Shown piece by piece: positions 26,953-40,400 of a stretch of DNA of 64,000 nucleotides (position 1 is the stretch's first letter; each line of letters starts with the position of its first letter). Origin of the DNA: Curvularia clavata (lineage: Eukaryota); contig CP089274.1 of assembly GCA_023920165.1 (NCBI GenBank), forward strand, positions 5,394,001-5,458,000, read 5' to 3'. Both the position numbers and the translations under genes were made by a program. A model generated the notes under the pieces. That model was not told the DNA's origin, did not search any database, and saw only the letters and a list, made by a program, of their open reading frames with translations.

Positions 26953-28281
26953 CTATCCGCTGAGAAGGTCCTTCACACTCATTCCTCTAGCACCGCTCCA
27001 GCTTCGACGGTCGGTGTTCAACATCATCAAGGCTTCAGTAGCTTCCTGGTCTTCACGATCGGCTTGTGGCTTGAGTGCTGGCGACGTGAGGGAGAAGTGT
27101 GCAGATCCATGTGATGAACTTGGAGCAGCCGCTACTGGTCCTGTGCTAGCAGGGCCGTTATGGAATGGGTTGCTGAAGTAGGTTGCAGTTGGTGTGTGAG
27201 CACTAAATGCAGGCGACGGGTGGATGGATGGCGAAGTTACGGTGGAGCGAGTTGATGATGGGGCGAGCGAGTAATGGTGTGGGTCGGACGGTCGCAACGC
27301 GGGGGAGGGGTTCGCCGAGTACTGCCCGTTGTGATCGTGGGGCATGATCGCTGGGGAAGTGGTGGTAGAGTGGGTATATACGCTTCGGTCTGACGGGTAG
27401 ATTGCGGGAGAGGCGTTCGCGAAAGAGTACCTAGGCTGTGAAGAGGGTTTCTCCACATAGGTAGGCGAAACGGCGTCCTCCATTTCTTCATCCTGCTCCA
27501 TATCGTCCTCATCATCGTCGCGCATTTGCCTAGTTGGTGGCGGAGGCAGTTCGGATGAAGTAGACGAGGGCGAGTCGCGCCGTGAGTTGGCGGTTTTGAG
27601 CTCGGAGACGCACCGCTCTAGATAGCGCATGTATTCGATGGACGCCTTGATGGAATTAGCGCGGACACATGTAAACTAGGTATTACGAATACATGCCTGT
27701 AGAATGGCTAGTTTGTGCATTTCCTGGCCCCGGCAGGCTGGGATCATGTCCTTCAGCACACCAAACTCTTCGTTCATTTTTGATCGGCGTCTTCGCTCAA
27801 TCAAGCTGTGTGCAGTTTTCCGCGCAATCTTGCGTCCAGCAGCTGTAGTGTTGCCGGCTTGCTTCCTTTTTGTGCCATTGGCAGTGGTAGTTGCAGCCTT
27901 TGCACTCTGTGATTGGGTTGAAGCCTTTGGCGATTCCTGAGTGTCCTTGGGCTTCATCTGGATGATCTTCCGCGACCGAGTAGGCGGAGGGGGAAGAGAA
28001 TAGTCGTCCTTTGTGATAACGCTCTGCTGAGCGGTATTACTGGAACGCTTGCGCGAATGGCTCGACTTGGAGGTCGCTACCGGCGACGCTGGGGACGGCG
28101 GCCTATACGAGGAGTCTGAGGCATTTTCAGAGGGAGCCGAGGAACTGGCTACACTTCCTCTACCACCCAGTGCGGCAGGCGGTAGATTGAAACTGGTCTC
28201 CAATTGAGGGGCATTGGCATCACTCTTGCCTGTGATGTCGGTGGACGGCTGTGGCGTCGGAGGGAGGTTTGGGCGAGGCAT
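26953..28281 (-). CDS. bHLH transcription factor (2 exons, GC-AG intron)
   Basis: The bHLH domain is RKTAHSLIERRRRSKMNEEFGVLKDMIPAC...HKLAILQ|ASIEYMRYLE. The two ORFs join through an intron at 27696-27646. Confidence 0.92.
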
Positions 28282-30059
28282 GTTGGGAATGGAGAGGCGC
28301 TCGCTCGCAGAAGGTCTTCACGATGTATCGAGGGGGGGACAGAATGCAGAAGTCGTCTCACAGGGGACGAGCAGACGATAAAAACAACGCAAAGCGCGCA
28401 TTATCACGGTTGGGGGGGTGTCGCGTGGGCTCTTTTGTGTCGCAGCTTGAAGAAGGACCACGCGGTGCCCTGCCCTGCTATGATTGGCCAGCCAGGCACG
28501 TTCAATAGATGGCGCCGCCCATCTCACCTCGAATGAGAGCGTCACAACGGGAGCGTGGGCGTCGTAACCACTGTAAGCCTTCGCAGCGAGTACCCTCTTG
28601 AACCAGTGGGCCTAACGTTGGGGTTGGAAAAGTCGTAATCAACCCTGCGGCGGCTTCAACTCGAGCACGTGCTCGACCTTCCCATCCCCAGACATCGTTT
28701 TGGTTGTTGAATGACCTTTTGCGGTATGCCGGCAAGAAAAAGACCCGGGGGAGCTAACAATGTTGTTTCGGACAGTCTGGTACTGCGCAAAAACGACAGG
28801 ATTGTGCGGTGTAGAGTCAATTGCATGTAAAGACGGGAGGCGATCGTCGAACCTTGAATTCTGGTGTTGACAAGGTAATCGCCCCACCTGGGGTGCGGTA
28901 ATACAACAACCCCATATACGGACGGGCACGTGCCTGAGTCAGCTGACTTGCCTGGCTGCTATATCACGAAGCTTTGATGGTGCACTGATGAAAGTAGATT
29001 TAGGAACATGACAGTGCGCTACGTAGATCACTATAGTACGGATCGAAGTGTGAGTTTTGAGAGCGCACGTGACCATGACTTGGATAAAGCAGACGCTGGA
29101 ATTTCGTCCTACAAGGGAGAGAGGGTGAATTGAACACGAATTCTCGGTTTTCCACAGTTCATGCAACACTGCGTGGATTCTTGCTGTGTCTGTATTGGCC
29201 TACGTTGTCCAAGAAAACGAGGCTGATTATGAGATTCACCCCTTCCTTTGCCTCAGTGACAACGAAGTGTGCGCGTGATACTTTAATTTGTACATCTCAT
29301 GGTCATCCAAGTAAACTTCTATAGTTCTGAAGTGTAGCTAAACACTCCACTATGCTCGTAGATACACAATCGGCTGATATTTCCAAGTTAATCCAGGGTC
29401 ATCGAAATCCTCAAGTACCTCAGTCAAAAACAGCATGCAATGGGCCCCTTGTCTAACTCTGCTGAAAGAAGTCTCTGCTACGATGGGCTCTATCGCTGGT
29501 CTTTATACAATTTGTTCGGTCCTTTCTGTTGTTAGACCTATTGTATGTCTACTAACCCTTGATCAAGGCAAACCCAAATACTATGTCTGAATTTCATTCG
29601 GCTACAACCATCTTACTCACAAACGTCCCAATAACCTTCAGCCAAATCCATACACTGAGCAGCTATTTTCGTGCTTTCTCGGGTTGCACTGATACCGGAA
29701 AGTAACCTCAAAACTTAGCAATCATCTTTAGAAAGGGTAATTGATGCTACCAAGGCTTTGGACTCGACCATCACACCGAAGTGGTACCAGGAGTTGTATT
29801 TTAATCATTCAACAACTCGTAGCATAATTTTTGTATTCAGATGAGTAATTACACGAGGCATGCAACCAATCTGACGCTTGTGACTTGAATGAATACAGGA
29901 TGGCTTTTTACAGTAATTTCGCGTGACATGCTACTCAATCTATAATACTCAACACCTCAATGTACAGACTATTGAATTATTCCCTTTTAATTGTGCAGCT
30001 AAAATTCTTTTACCAATAACAACATTCGCCATCACCATACAACTTGATATTCATCATAC

Positions 30060-30338
30060 TCTTATATAAAAAACGGCCTTAATACGGTCGTCAAATCTCC
30101 TATTTAATATGATCAGAATGTCTCGAAGATTCTCAAGTCTGCCTGGCTCTTTCAAAAGTATGTCAGTCTCCTCTAGTGATGCACCAAGCCCAGTACCAAC
30201 CACTGAGAAGAAGTCAAATATATTGCCTCGACGTTGGACTTTGATGCTCTCCGGTGGTGACTTACTAAACCTTACAAACAGCGTCGATTCATAGACTGGT
30301 GTTTAATCCCTTCCGTGATGCTCGATAGCAACAATGAA
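30060..30338 (-). pseudogene. Possible decayed exon of an unidentified gene in an AT-rich interval
   Basis: A 93-codon protein-like frame is bounded by an AG and a GTATGA donor and broken by one in-frame TAA at 30303-30305. Neighbouring frames are full of stops. Confidence 0.25.
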
Positions 30339-33300
30339 CTTTTAGTTACACATAATCATATGATTTCACCAACTTTAACCCGGCAACAATCTTAACAACC
30401 TATAGGTAATTTACCACTAATCCAAGGAGGTAGGCGTATGAATGAAGATGCGCTATACCCACTCGCACTACAATCTATTCCCTTCTACTCCAACCGCCAG
30501 AGTATCTCGTTGTCAGCAGGTAAAATACTAAATCCATTCACCAAGTTTACAAAACTTCTCAAGCCAGGATCACTCAATACCGCTCAAATTATGACGTGCC
30601 AATACTACAAAGTCGTAAAAATGGTTCCATTAACGCTAAATAACTTGAAAAACTCAGAGTGGACATACGCGGTAATTGTTGCCAGTGTAGTGAAGTACAC
30701 TGAAGAGCCAGAGAAGCTAGAAACGTATTTCGACCAGCCTCTCAACAAAACATCATACCCGTTTTTTCTCCTCACATTTGCTTACCTCGCTCGAATAACG
30801 CAGATACAGCTGCGTTTAGTAAATCTCAAAGCAAAGCTCACTGTATCTCGGTCCCCATACCATCTGGTAAAAAAAAACCCCAAACGTCATGAACATCTTA
30901 TTTCCCCTCCCTTTCTAAAACACTCGCACCGCATCACCCTTCTTTGTCGACCCAACCATCTCGCAATCCCACAGCACCCTGCTCTACCTCAACCTCCCCC
31001 AGCCACCAACCCCCGCCGCGGAAGGCCCGGTATCACTTAGCATAGTAACCCAGCCACCTCATTACCATTTCTACACTAGGCCTTCCTGTGCTACGTGCAA
31101 CTGATGCACCTACCCAGCGTCCACCTAGCTCCCCACCTTCCTTTGTCCGAGAGCAATCTACACGTGGCGCCAGTTGGGAAAGGGAAGATGGCTCAGCTTA
31201 GCTTAGTTTAACTATTACATATCTCCATATATGACACAGGCGAAGGGAGTAATTCACTGTGTGCTCAGAGTTGAATGCAGATGTAGACAGCTCACGTAAA
31301 GAAAGGGTGTGTTTGAGAGTAGTAGGGAACAAGTGGATCATGTGAAGCATATTAGTCTAGTAGCTGGGGTGGATGGCTCAATGGATGGGGGGTTGAAGCA
31401 CGATGCTGGGAAAATGTTGAGGTATCTAGTGATCGGTCTTGTAGTACACGAGGTTTAGCACCCTGCTTGGTGGCATTGTAAACAGAGCTTCATCCATGGT
31501 ATTTCACTGTTTATATGCAAGCTAGAGACTGTTACACATATACCAGAAGATACAAGTATCAAGCACGGAAAGCGAAAACTTCACTCCCCGCCAACAGTAC
31601 GTGAGTGAAGCCAGGAATGAGAGACAGGACAAAACAAATTTTTTCACCAAAGGATGGGAAAGCTCGGAAAGATGGAAAACATATTTCTCTCATTACCAAT
31701 TCTATCCAGGTTATCCTGTGATCCGCCCACACCTTGGCATCCACGTATACCAGTATCCAAAGTCTGGAAACTGATCTCATCATGACAAGTACCCCAGTAT
31801 TCGGACCGTGGAAAAATAAATACCGGCAACCAGACTTTGATTGCCGAGAGCTGGCCTGTAGCTACTGTGGTACGCCAAAGCAGCGAAAAAGAAAAGAAGA
31901 CAGAGACCAGAAATTTGGATGCGGGGTACGTTTATTGAGCGAAGAAGAAAAGACTTTAACGGCGCCTATGCAGTTCGGTGCTTGTTTGTTAGAAACTTTG
32001 AATCCCTTGGCGAGCTGATGGCCCACGGATTTCTCCACTGAAAGCGTCACTTCAGCTCTGCGTCGTGCAGAATATCTAGAGTACATTAGTGCGTAAAACT
32101 TCATTCATCACGCGGTCCTGACTGTCGCCTCATTCTCAATCTCATGGCCATGGATCCGAAGATGGACGTCGGTGAGGCGACCTAGGCAATATAGTGAGCT
32201 CTGGTGTATGCGTTGAGAGAGGAAACGTAATCAATGGCTGCTTTTAGCGGCAGCTAGGCTTCCTCCCACTGTCCCCCGTGGACACGTACATCCAATACCA
32301 TCCAACTGGACTATACAGCCTTGCGGTAACTGTAGGCAGCCGTTTAGTTTTGCCTTTTTCCAACTTGTCGCCATTCCCACCAGTCTCATTCTCATTGGCA
32401 GTCGATTGTTGGGCGACGATTCCGGGGGATGCTCCCGGCAGCACCAAGTACGATCGAGCATTGTGAGCACAGTCCTTTTCTGCTGCTCAACTGCCGCAAA
32501 AGGAAGAAAGACCGTTATGTGCGTCTCGGTGGATAGGACATACATACACACGGGTCATGGAGTTGTCTGTCGCTTCACTCAACCTGGCTGAATGATTGGA
32601 AGATCCGAGTGGAAACCTTTACAAAAGATGACAAGATTGACTGGCGTGAAAGCAAGGGCAGGGAGCGGAAGCCCCCGCCTCGGATAGCAGCAAACGAGAT
32701 GCAGAGGATCTGAACTTGCTCACCGTCTTTGATGATCAAGGCTTGACCGCGGCAACCGGAGGTCCTGCTCGTTGCCGTAACGACGTGAGAGCGAATAGAA
32801 GCTGTTGGCTCTAGGCTGGCAGCTTACAGAGACTGGCAGCTCGCGGAGCCTCAGGCAATATGCATGCTTCAACCTTGCACAAGGAGAAGCCAGCATGGCG
32901 GTGGACAAGAAGCTATGACGCGGACGCAAACCCCAACACTCTCAAACTGGCTGTCAAAGCGTAATACTGGCAAGTAAAGCCCTGTTGGTGTGCTCGCGTG
33001 CTCGCTAAATGAACAAGCTTGTTCCCTATAGCATGACTCACCGCTTCAATGGTGTTTTTTTGCTCAACTGGCGGCTATGGACTTGAAAGCGGACACTTTT
33101 ATTTACAACAAAGTTTTGGCGAAGAGGTGGCTTTTACAAACTCAACAAGCAGGTGATAGAGTCTCGTGATTGACTCTAGTCCTTGGTAGAGTCAAAGTGG
33201 TGGTTCGAGCCGTGAGTGGTGGGTGTTTCGACCTGGCTGGCGACTGTGCGAGCGAAGCGGTCAAATCGGGTATCGGAAAGCCGCCGGCGGCGGTGACAAG

Positions 33301-36175
33301 GCCGATCGATGGCGACGACGCGCGGGGCGAAGCGGATCCAGGACCATGGTGAAGGCTGCCATGGAAGACGTCAGCCCAATGGCCCGAGGCTGCTGACTGT
33401 GATGAGTCGTTGGCGACAAAAGGGTATGTATTGCGCGTTACAAGCCATAATTCGTCCGTGATGTTGAGGCAAAGCTTCGCCACAGAAGAAGAGGAAGTTA
33501 GTCACGTTTCGCTTGTGGCGGCACCCCTGCGCGGTAGATCATGGCTGGGCGTGCGCGGACGGGCTTGAGCGAGCATGTGACTCGGAGCGCCCATGCCAAG
33601 CGTTTGCACCGCCACATGTACGAAAGCTGGGCAACTTGTACCTACTACGCAACCAGTGTAATGAATTCGGAACAGGCGAGCAATTCGTTGGGCCGGACAT
33701 GATATTTCGGGTGGTGCGTCATGCAGCTAGACAGCTCGCAGTAGGCGGCAGCTGCATTGGGCCTGCAGTGTCGTGGCAGACTAACATTGCTGTCCAACGA
33801 ATGTGCGACGTTGCTGCGCAGTGTCTGCAGACGATAGGGCTGCGCAAACTTGAGCGATGCGTCATAGCGCTTATGGTTAGTAGGTAGCAATAGCCTGGAT
33901 GAGTGGTGTTTGGGAGATTTTTTTTAGACATGGGGCGCTGAGGACAAGTGTGCGAAAAGCATCTGCGCTTTGGCAACGCACCAGGTCCACTCGAAGGAGG
34001 GGCAAAGCCTCACTTGGGGACGAGAGTGCATGACGACAATAGCGGCGCACATGCGAGGGTGGAGGAAAACAGTTCCTGCAAGTCATGAGGAGTCATAGCA
34101 ACGCATGATGCTGGTGGATGCGAAGGAATACGCACGGTGAGTTGTCTGATAGCAAAGTGGGACCACCATGAATTTTGACATGTCAAATGCTTTGTGGGCG
34201 GGCTCGGTAGGGAACCAACCCGACGAGCCAGCAGGTGCAAGAGGGCCGTAGTCCAATAGGGGCTGGGCATTCAGGCAAAAATGCCCAAGAGAACTGTGTG
34301 CCGAGAAATTGCAAGGAGTGTGTTGACGGGAGAAACGAGACACTTTGTGCCCATGGCGCTGGCTTTGATGCGCCCCACGGATATAGGCGTTCCGCATTAA
34401 CCAGTCAGAAGGCGGCTGGGGAGGTACTTGCGCTGCGAACTTGCTTTATCAAGCCGTAGTGAGTGTGCGCGGGGAGATCAAACCATGCTGCCGCGAGTAT
34501 TTGCTTTGCTGCTGCTGGACTGCCATCGAATCATCGTGGCCCCGCTGGCGCGATATGCAGCCGTGGTGGGCCGGTAGACTACAGTACGATAAAAGCCTTG
34601 GAAATAGAGTGCAGAGAGTCGAAAGTAGCGGTAAACAACAACGCGCGCCACAGGCTCGCCAGCAGCTCTTGGGGGGTGAGGTGTGTGAGACATGGGAAAA
34701 AAATTTTCACGGGCGGGAAATTAGGCTTGGGGAGAGTGCGAGGGGACGTTCGAGTAGGGATCCGAGCGACCGCGTGCGGCTCTGAGGGAGCGACAGGGCC
34801 GCCCTAGCAGCGATAGTGTACCTCTGCGAAGCGACACGGGAGACGACGTTGAATTGGTGGACCTTCCGTTGTTTCGGATGGGCGTCGTCTTTGCCAGCGC
34901 CGTGCCGGGTGTGTGTGTGGCGAGGGGACTAGGCAAGAGATGGTGTGGCAGTGGAGGACATGACGAGCTGAAGAGAGAGAGAGAAGGAGAGGTCGATGCT
35001 GAATTGGCAGCGTACGACGACCATGTGGGAGTACGGGCGCCGGAGCCAGCGGGCGGCCGGCGAAGCAGAGGGCACAGGCACAATGGGCCGTGTTATCGCA
35101 CATGGGCGGTGCAGCGAGCCCAACGAAGGATGAGTGTTCAGAGGGCGCGGGCCATTGTTGTTGGAAGCAAGGGCCGCGTGTTGCAGTGGGCGCATCAGCA
35201 AACAAGAGGCAGCGTAGCGAAAGGGCGAGTGAGGGTGAGTAAGTGTGTGTGTGTGTGCGAGAGAGTGCTGGCGAGGGTGCCCAGGCCCAGGATTACGGGT
35301 GTATAGCGGTATGTTTCCAATATTACCCACGGCCCAAACAGAACAAATTCAAAACAGGCTGAGCCGCAATGCGGGCTGCAGAGTGCGTGGCGCTGGCCGT
35401 GTTAGGCACCAACAACCGTCGTGCGTGTCGGCGGCGAGTGGCGTCGTCGTAGTAGTAGACATCGAGGGCCGTGGTGGCCATTCGCCTGGTGGCAGAGCAG
35501 AGCAACTGGCGAGCATTGGGGGCGCTGGAAGCATTGTCGTGGAAGCATTGTCGGAGCGGCAGAGGGTAGGACAGGATAGGCTGCATGTCAATCTGACCCG
35601 GCGACGAGGGAAGGCACAGTGGCCCAAAAGCATGGGGCCCTTGCCTGGCACTAGCGTGCCTGCTACTGAACGGCGCAGCAGGGGTCTGCGCTAGCGTGCA
35701 AGCGTGCAGGAGCGCCCGCTGAGGTCCGCGCGCGGAAGGAGCGACTGCGAGCCAGCGAGTGACGGGCCCGCCTCTCAAAAGCAGGCTCAGCCCGCTGCCG
35801 CTTCCTCTTTTGCCTGCCCGAGACCTCTACCTCACCACCACGCCCCCATTACCAAGCAGCTAAGACGACGTCGTCTGCTCCCGACTAAGGATCCTCTTGC
35901 TCTGGATCCTTCTGGCACCATCTAGCTTCCACTCGCCTCGACACCCAATGTGCAGCAGACAGACCCGGATTTCCCTTCCTCCTCCCTCCGTCGCTGCACC
36001 ATCCCTCCTCTCCTCCACCCTCTCCCGCCGCGCACAAAGACAGTTGTTTGCGCTCCACATCCCCAGGTGAAGCAGGCTCCCGCCTGGCCCTTGCTCCCTC
36101 GATCCCCCCGCATACGCACACCCATCTCAGTCACCACCACGACTGTACAGCCGCTGAAGCCCGCTTCACGACAAC

Positions 36176-37417
36176 ATGTACGCACCACAGTATCCCACGC
36201 CTCCCCCGGGCTACATGCCCTACGATTACCACCGCACCACGCCTCCCATGTCCCCAGGCCCCGGTGCCAACTACTACTCGCCTCGCCATGCCCCCCAGAT
36301 GGCCACGCCACGAGCGAGCCCCAAGGTGTCCGCTCACTCGCGCCGCGCCTCGCACGCTGTGCCTTCGTCGTCGTACCAGCAATACACGGCCTCGCCTCGA
36401 GGAGGCGCTGTTCCTCAGTACGGCACTGCCGACTATGCTGCCCCGCGCACGCACGCGACAACGCGAGGCAACCCCGAATATGTAAGTTATTTCGGTTACA
36501 CTCTTCCAAGTCGGCATCGCCGCGACACAGACGTCCCGCCTCTCAAGCGCAGTCATCGCGAGAGGAAGCGTCGCCCGTCGCAGTCGGCACGTCAGGTCCA
36601 CACCAGAGTTGTCTACGACGACCGAGGCTACGGCTACGAATGCGACGACTACGACTATATTTACGACTATCCACCACCGCCGTACGAACAGTACGAGCGC
36701 CACGACATGTACCGAGGGGATGCTGATCGTTATTACTATGATCAGGTCCCAATCTATGACCCAGAACCAAAAGCTAGCCGCCCACGACGAGCCTCTGCCT
36801 CGACCCGACAGCCAGCCGCCTCTCCTAAGAAGCCCGCCCCCGCCCCCAAGGCTGCTCCCAAGGCCACCGAAGAGGATGCGCGCCGCGCTGGCATTCCTGC
36901 CGGCTACTCATACAAGAACTGGGACCCCACCGAAGAGCCCATCATGCTTCTCGGATCCGTCTTCGACGCAAACTCACTCGGCAAGTGGATCTACGACTGG
37001 ACCGTCTTCCACTACGGTCCCGCCACTCCCCTGGCTGAGATGGCGGGTGAGCTTTGGCTCCTCCTCATCCAGCTCGCCGGCAAGGTCAAGAGGGCCGACG
37101 AGACCATGCCCAAGATCCGCAAGAAGGAGAACCACGAAATGGTCGAAGACTTCCTCGAGAGCGGCGAACGCCTTTGGGTCCGCTTCGCCAAGCTCCTCAA
37201 GGTCTGCGAGGACTACATGTGGAAGGCCGCCAAGAAGGAGAGCGGCAAAGAGAAGCCCGTTTCCATGGGCAAGAACAGCGGCAAGGAGTTTGTCGAGTCC
37301 ATCTTTGGCCGCGACCGCGAACTCGAGAAGACGGAGAAGCTCATGACCGGTATGCGCCTCTGGTCCATGCGCTTCGACGCAAACTGCGAAGACATCCTAC
37401 GATACCCATCCGCTTAG
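36176..37417 (+). CDS. Conserved fungal protein with Pro/Tyr/Arg-rich N-terminus and conserved C-terminal domain (commonly auto-annotated 'vegetative cell wall protein gp1-like')
   Basis: A 413-aa ORF with strong C/G third-position bias. The conserved-looking C-domain reads ATEEDARRAGIPAGYSYKNWDPTEEPIMLLGSVFDANSLGKWIYDWTV...MRLWSMRFDANC. Confidence 0.9.
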   Translation: MYAPQYPTPPPGYMPYDYHRTTPPMSPGPGANYYSPRHAPQMATPRASPKVSAHSRRASHAVPSSSYQQYTASPRGGAVPQYGTADYAAPRTHATTRGNPEYVSYFGYTLPSRHRRDTDVPPLKRSHRERKRRPSQSARQVHTRVVYDDRGYGYECDDYDYIYDYPPPPYEQYERHDMYRGDADRYYYDQVPIYDPEPKASRPRRASASTRQPAASPKKPAPAPKAAPKATEEDARRAGIPAGYSYKNWDPTEEPIMLLGSVFDANSLGKWIYDWTVFHYGPATPLAEMAGELWLLLIQLAGKVKRADETMPKIRKKENHEMVEDFLESGERLWVRFAKLLKVCEDYMWKAAKKESGKEKPVSMGKNSGKEFVESIFGRDRELEKTEKLMTGMRLWSMRFDANCEDILRYPSA

Positions 37418-40400
37418 GAGATACCCTTTTACCATCTCTCTCTCTCACTGTCTCATACAACACTACTACTACACCACCTGCACCTGGACGCTTTTGCGCT
37501 GGCGTTTTCTGTCTGGGTATACCCTTTTCATTTCGGTCCCTGCTTTGCGCATCCCTTGACATTACTGCGAGATACCCTTTCTTGCCGTTCTTAATTGTTA
37601 ATCTCGCCGGGTCTTTTTCTTTTCTGCTTTTAGCATCTGTACAACAATACTGGGTTTTATGCACTTGGGCGAATCACAGGAAAAAGTCTGCTTTCTACTA
37701 TGATATCCCCTTTCTCATGTAGCTGTTTATTTTTCTTGTCTGTTTCTGCTTTTTCTACTCTCAGCCAGTACTGTCTTTTATTGCTTTTGGGTTTATTGCA
37801 AGGTGTTCAGGTTGGCATTTTTGGTACCGGGTTAACCCACCTCATTTTTGTCTTCTTGGTTGGTAAATCTAGATTTGAGAGATGTCTCTTCTTCACGCAT
37901 CACGCAATCTGGATTGAAAGATTGGTTTACCTCACGGTTCAAAACTAGTATACCCACCATACCACTCTATTGTCATGTATCAATTTTAGTCATTTTACCC
38001 CCCGAAACTTGTCTTTGCCTCTTTGCCTGTTGCCTGTTGCCTACACAGCTGAATGTATGTGACTCACGCTGTGGCGAGCGAATCAAACCGTGACTGTCGC
38101 ACTGCTGTTATTACTCGTTATCACAGACAAGTTGTGAACGGTGATGGCTTTTGAGTTGACCAACCATCCCTGCCATGCACGTTCTCGCACACAGCCAATC
38201 TGAGACAGCAACCAGCCTATCGCCTCTTGGAACTGCAACCGCCACGTGCTTCTTTCGCAGTCTCCAACAAAGTCGCGTACTCCTACACCCTCCTTACATA
38301 GTTTGACTCGTTCGTTCCATCGTTCGCTCTTTCCTTCCCAAACGCTGCCTGTCCTCCGCCTGTCCGTCCATCCATTCACACACTCATTCGGTTGGTTGCT
38401 CGGGGACACTGCCGTCGCACCACGATGACTCGCACATTGACCTACCTGAATCATCGTCCCCCCGTCTCTCAGCGCCCGTCCTCACAAGTTCGTCCGTCAA
38501 GCACACTGATTGGCCCTCGTACATTTCACGCGTCAGACCTTATTCTCAGCCTCATGGAATCTTGCATGGACAAGGCCTGCTGCAAGCCACCCCACCCCCG
38601 TGGAGGGGCCAACAAAAAGCAACGGTTCTCTTACGTCTCTGCCTGTTCCAATGTTTGCTTTTTTGGAGTGACCTCTGTGTGACGGGCCCGCTTCCACGCT
38701 ACCCCCGTGGCGTACGTAGTCGTGCACCACGCATGAGCGGGAAGGATTCGGCCAGCATGTGTTGCGAGAGTCTGTGTGGTGCGGTTTGCATGTGATGGCC
38801 CCTAGTGGTCCGGAACGGAACAGGGTAATGGACCAAAAAAAAAGGGACACGGAGATGTAGGACTTTGAGCTGTTGCCTACATCCTGCTACACACCTGCCC
38901 ATCGTTCATCCTGGTAGGTCGGTCGCAAATAACCATAGTAAGCAGAAGGAATGTCAGATGGGCATATCTCCCCCATCTGGGTGAGGGAGATTGAGGACGG
39001 TACTTTGATTAGGTTGTGCGACAGAGTACAAAGATAAATTGCTATTTGTGAGGGCGCTTGGGCGCCGTGTGTCTGAGATGAGGGTGCGGAGTCCAAGGGT
39101 CCCTCGGAGACCCAACCTCCTTCTCGACGACGACTCAACACGCTCTACCTTCTCAACGCGTGCGCGCGCCCATTACGACGACGATATCGATACTCGGTAG
39201 GCTTTTGGTATCCTGAAACCATTCGCGCGGCGCCACAGGACAGATTTGCATGTCGCTCTTCGCTAGGACGACTTGTACCTGGGGTGGTCTTTTTTTCGCC
39301 GCCAGGGATAAAGAAGGTTTACCGTGCTTGCGGCCGCATATGCGGCGCGTCCTCCCTTGCGGTTATTCAGCCTCCTTGCGAGTCTCCTACACCATCTTCG
39401 TCGTCCCCTGTCGGGCGCAGGGGCCAAGAGTGCAGATTAAGAGGCGTCGCGATTGGGCCGACATGGCGAACCCGCGTTGATAGGCAACGTTGCAGTTGCA
39501 TTTACCTCTTGAACATGGCCATGTTCCGTACCCCCGCCGTGTGGGAACAAGGACATCCCTTACTGCATACCAGGCAGCAGCTTGTCCACTCGTCGCAACA
39601 CGGCCCCATGTGTGTTTCGGGATCAACAGGAACAGTGCGTGTACATATGCTGGGACGAACATGTGTAGCATCCAATCCGTTTACTGCAACGCGCCCCGAC
39701 ACTGAGTTGCCTCTCCTTCCGTTCTCGCTTGGGTCGGATCAAGGGCGCATATCACATACCACACCACATGCCTGGCTGGGAACCCCGTTGCCGCATCCCT
39801 GGGTTGATTGGCTGGAGCCAAGGCACAAGCACGTGTTGGATTTGTTCGTTCATGCTTCTGCGCCTGGACGTGACGTTGTGACCCCTTGGCTGTGATGCAA
39901 ATGGCGCACACGCGGGTACGTACTGGATGGTCCATCCGGCCAAAACAAGGCCATTGTCCTTGAAAGGTCTTTGCAGATGACTTCACAGCCGATGCGAGAT
40001 GGAATCCGGGTTCCATCTGACCTTTTGGCTACCGCTACCATGCTTGGATTACCGTATTTCCGGCGAATTGCGGCACTCAATTTACGCTGCATACATGGCG
40101 TAGTACGGGCGGCTAGGCGACCTGCCTCGTTGAATGCGAACGCATTTAGGGTACCGAGCCACAAATGCCAGAGTACAGTATCTCGCAACGCTCAAATCTC
40201 GCGCCCCTCGGCCTTCCTGCAAGCCCAGGCCCATTTCGCGCGCACGGTGTTTCGAAACGCTTGGCCGGTGCTTTCCCTTGGGGTCGTGCATGAACCCAGT
40301 TGCCGTCCCTCTGTTGCTTTACCCATCACAGCAACCGAAGCGAGGCCGAATAACCGCTTCCACTCTTCTCGGGCAAGAAGAGCCGCGGGCTAACTAGCTA

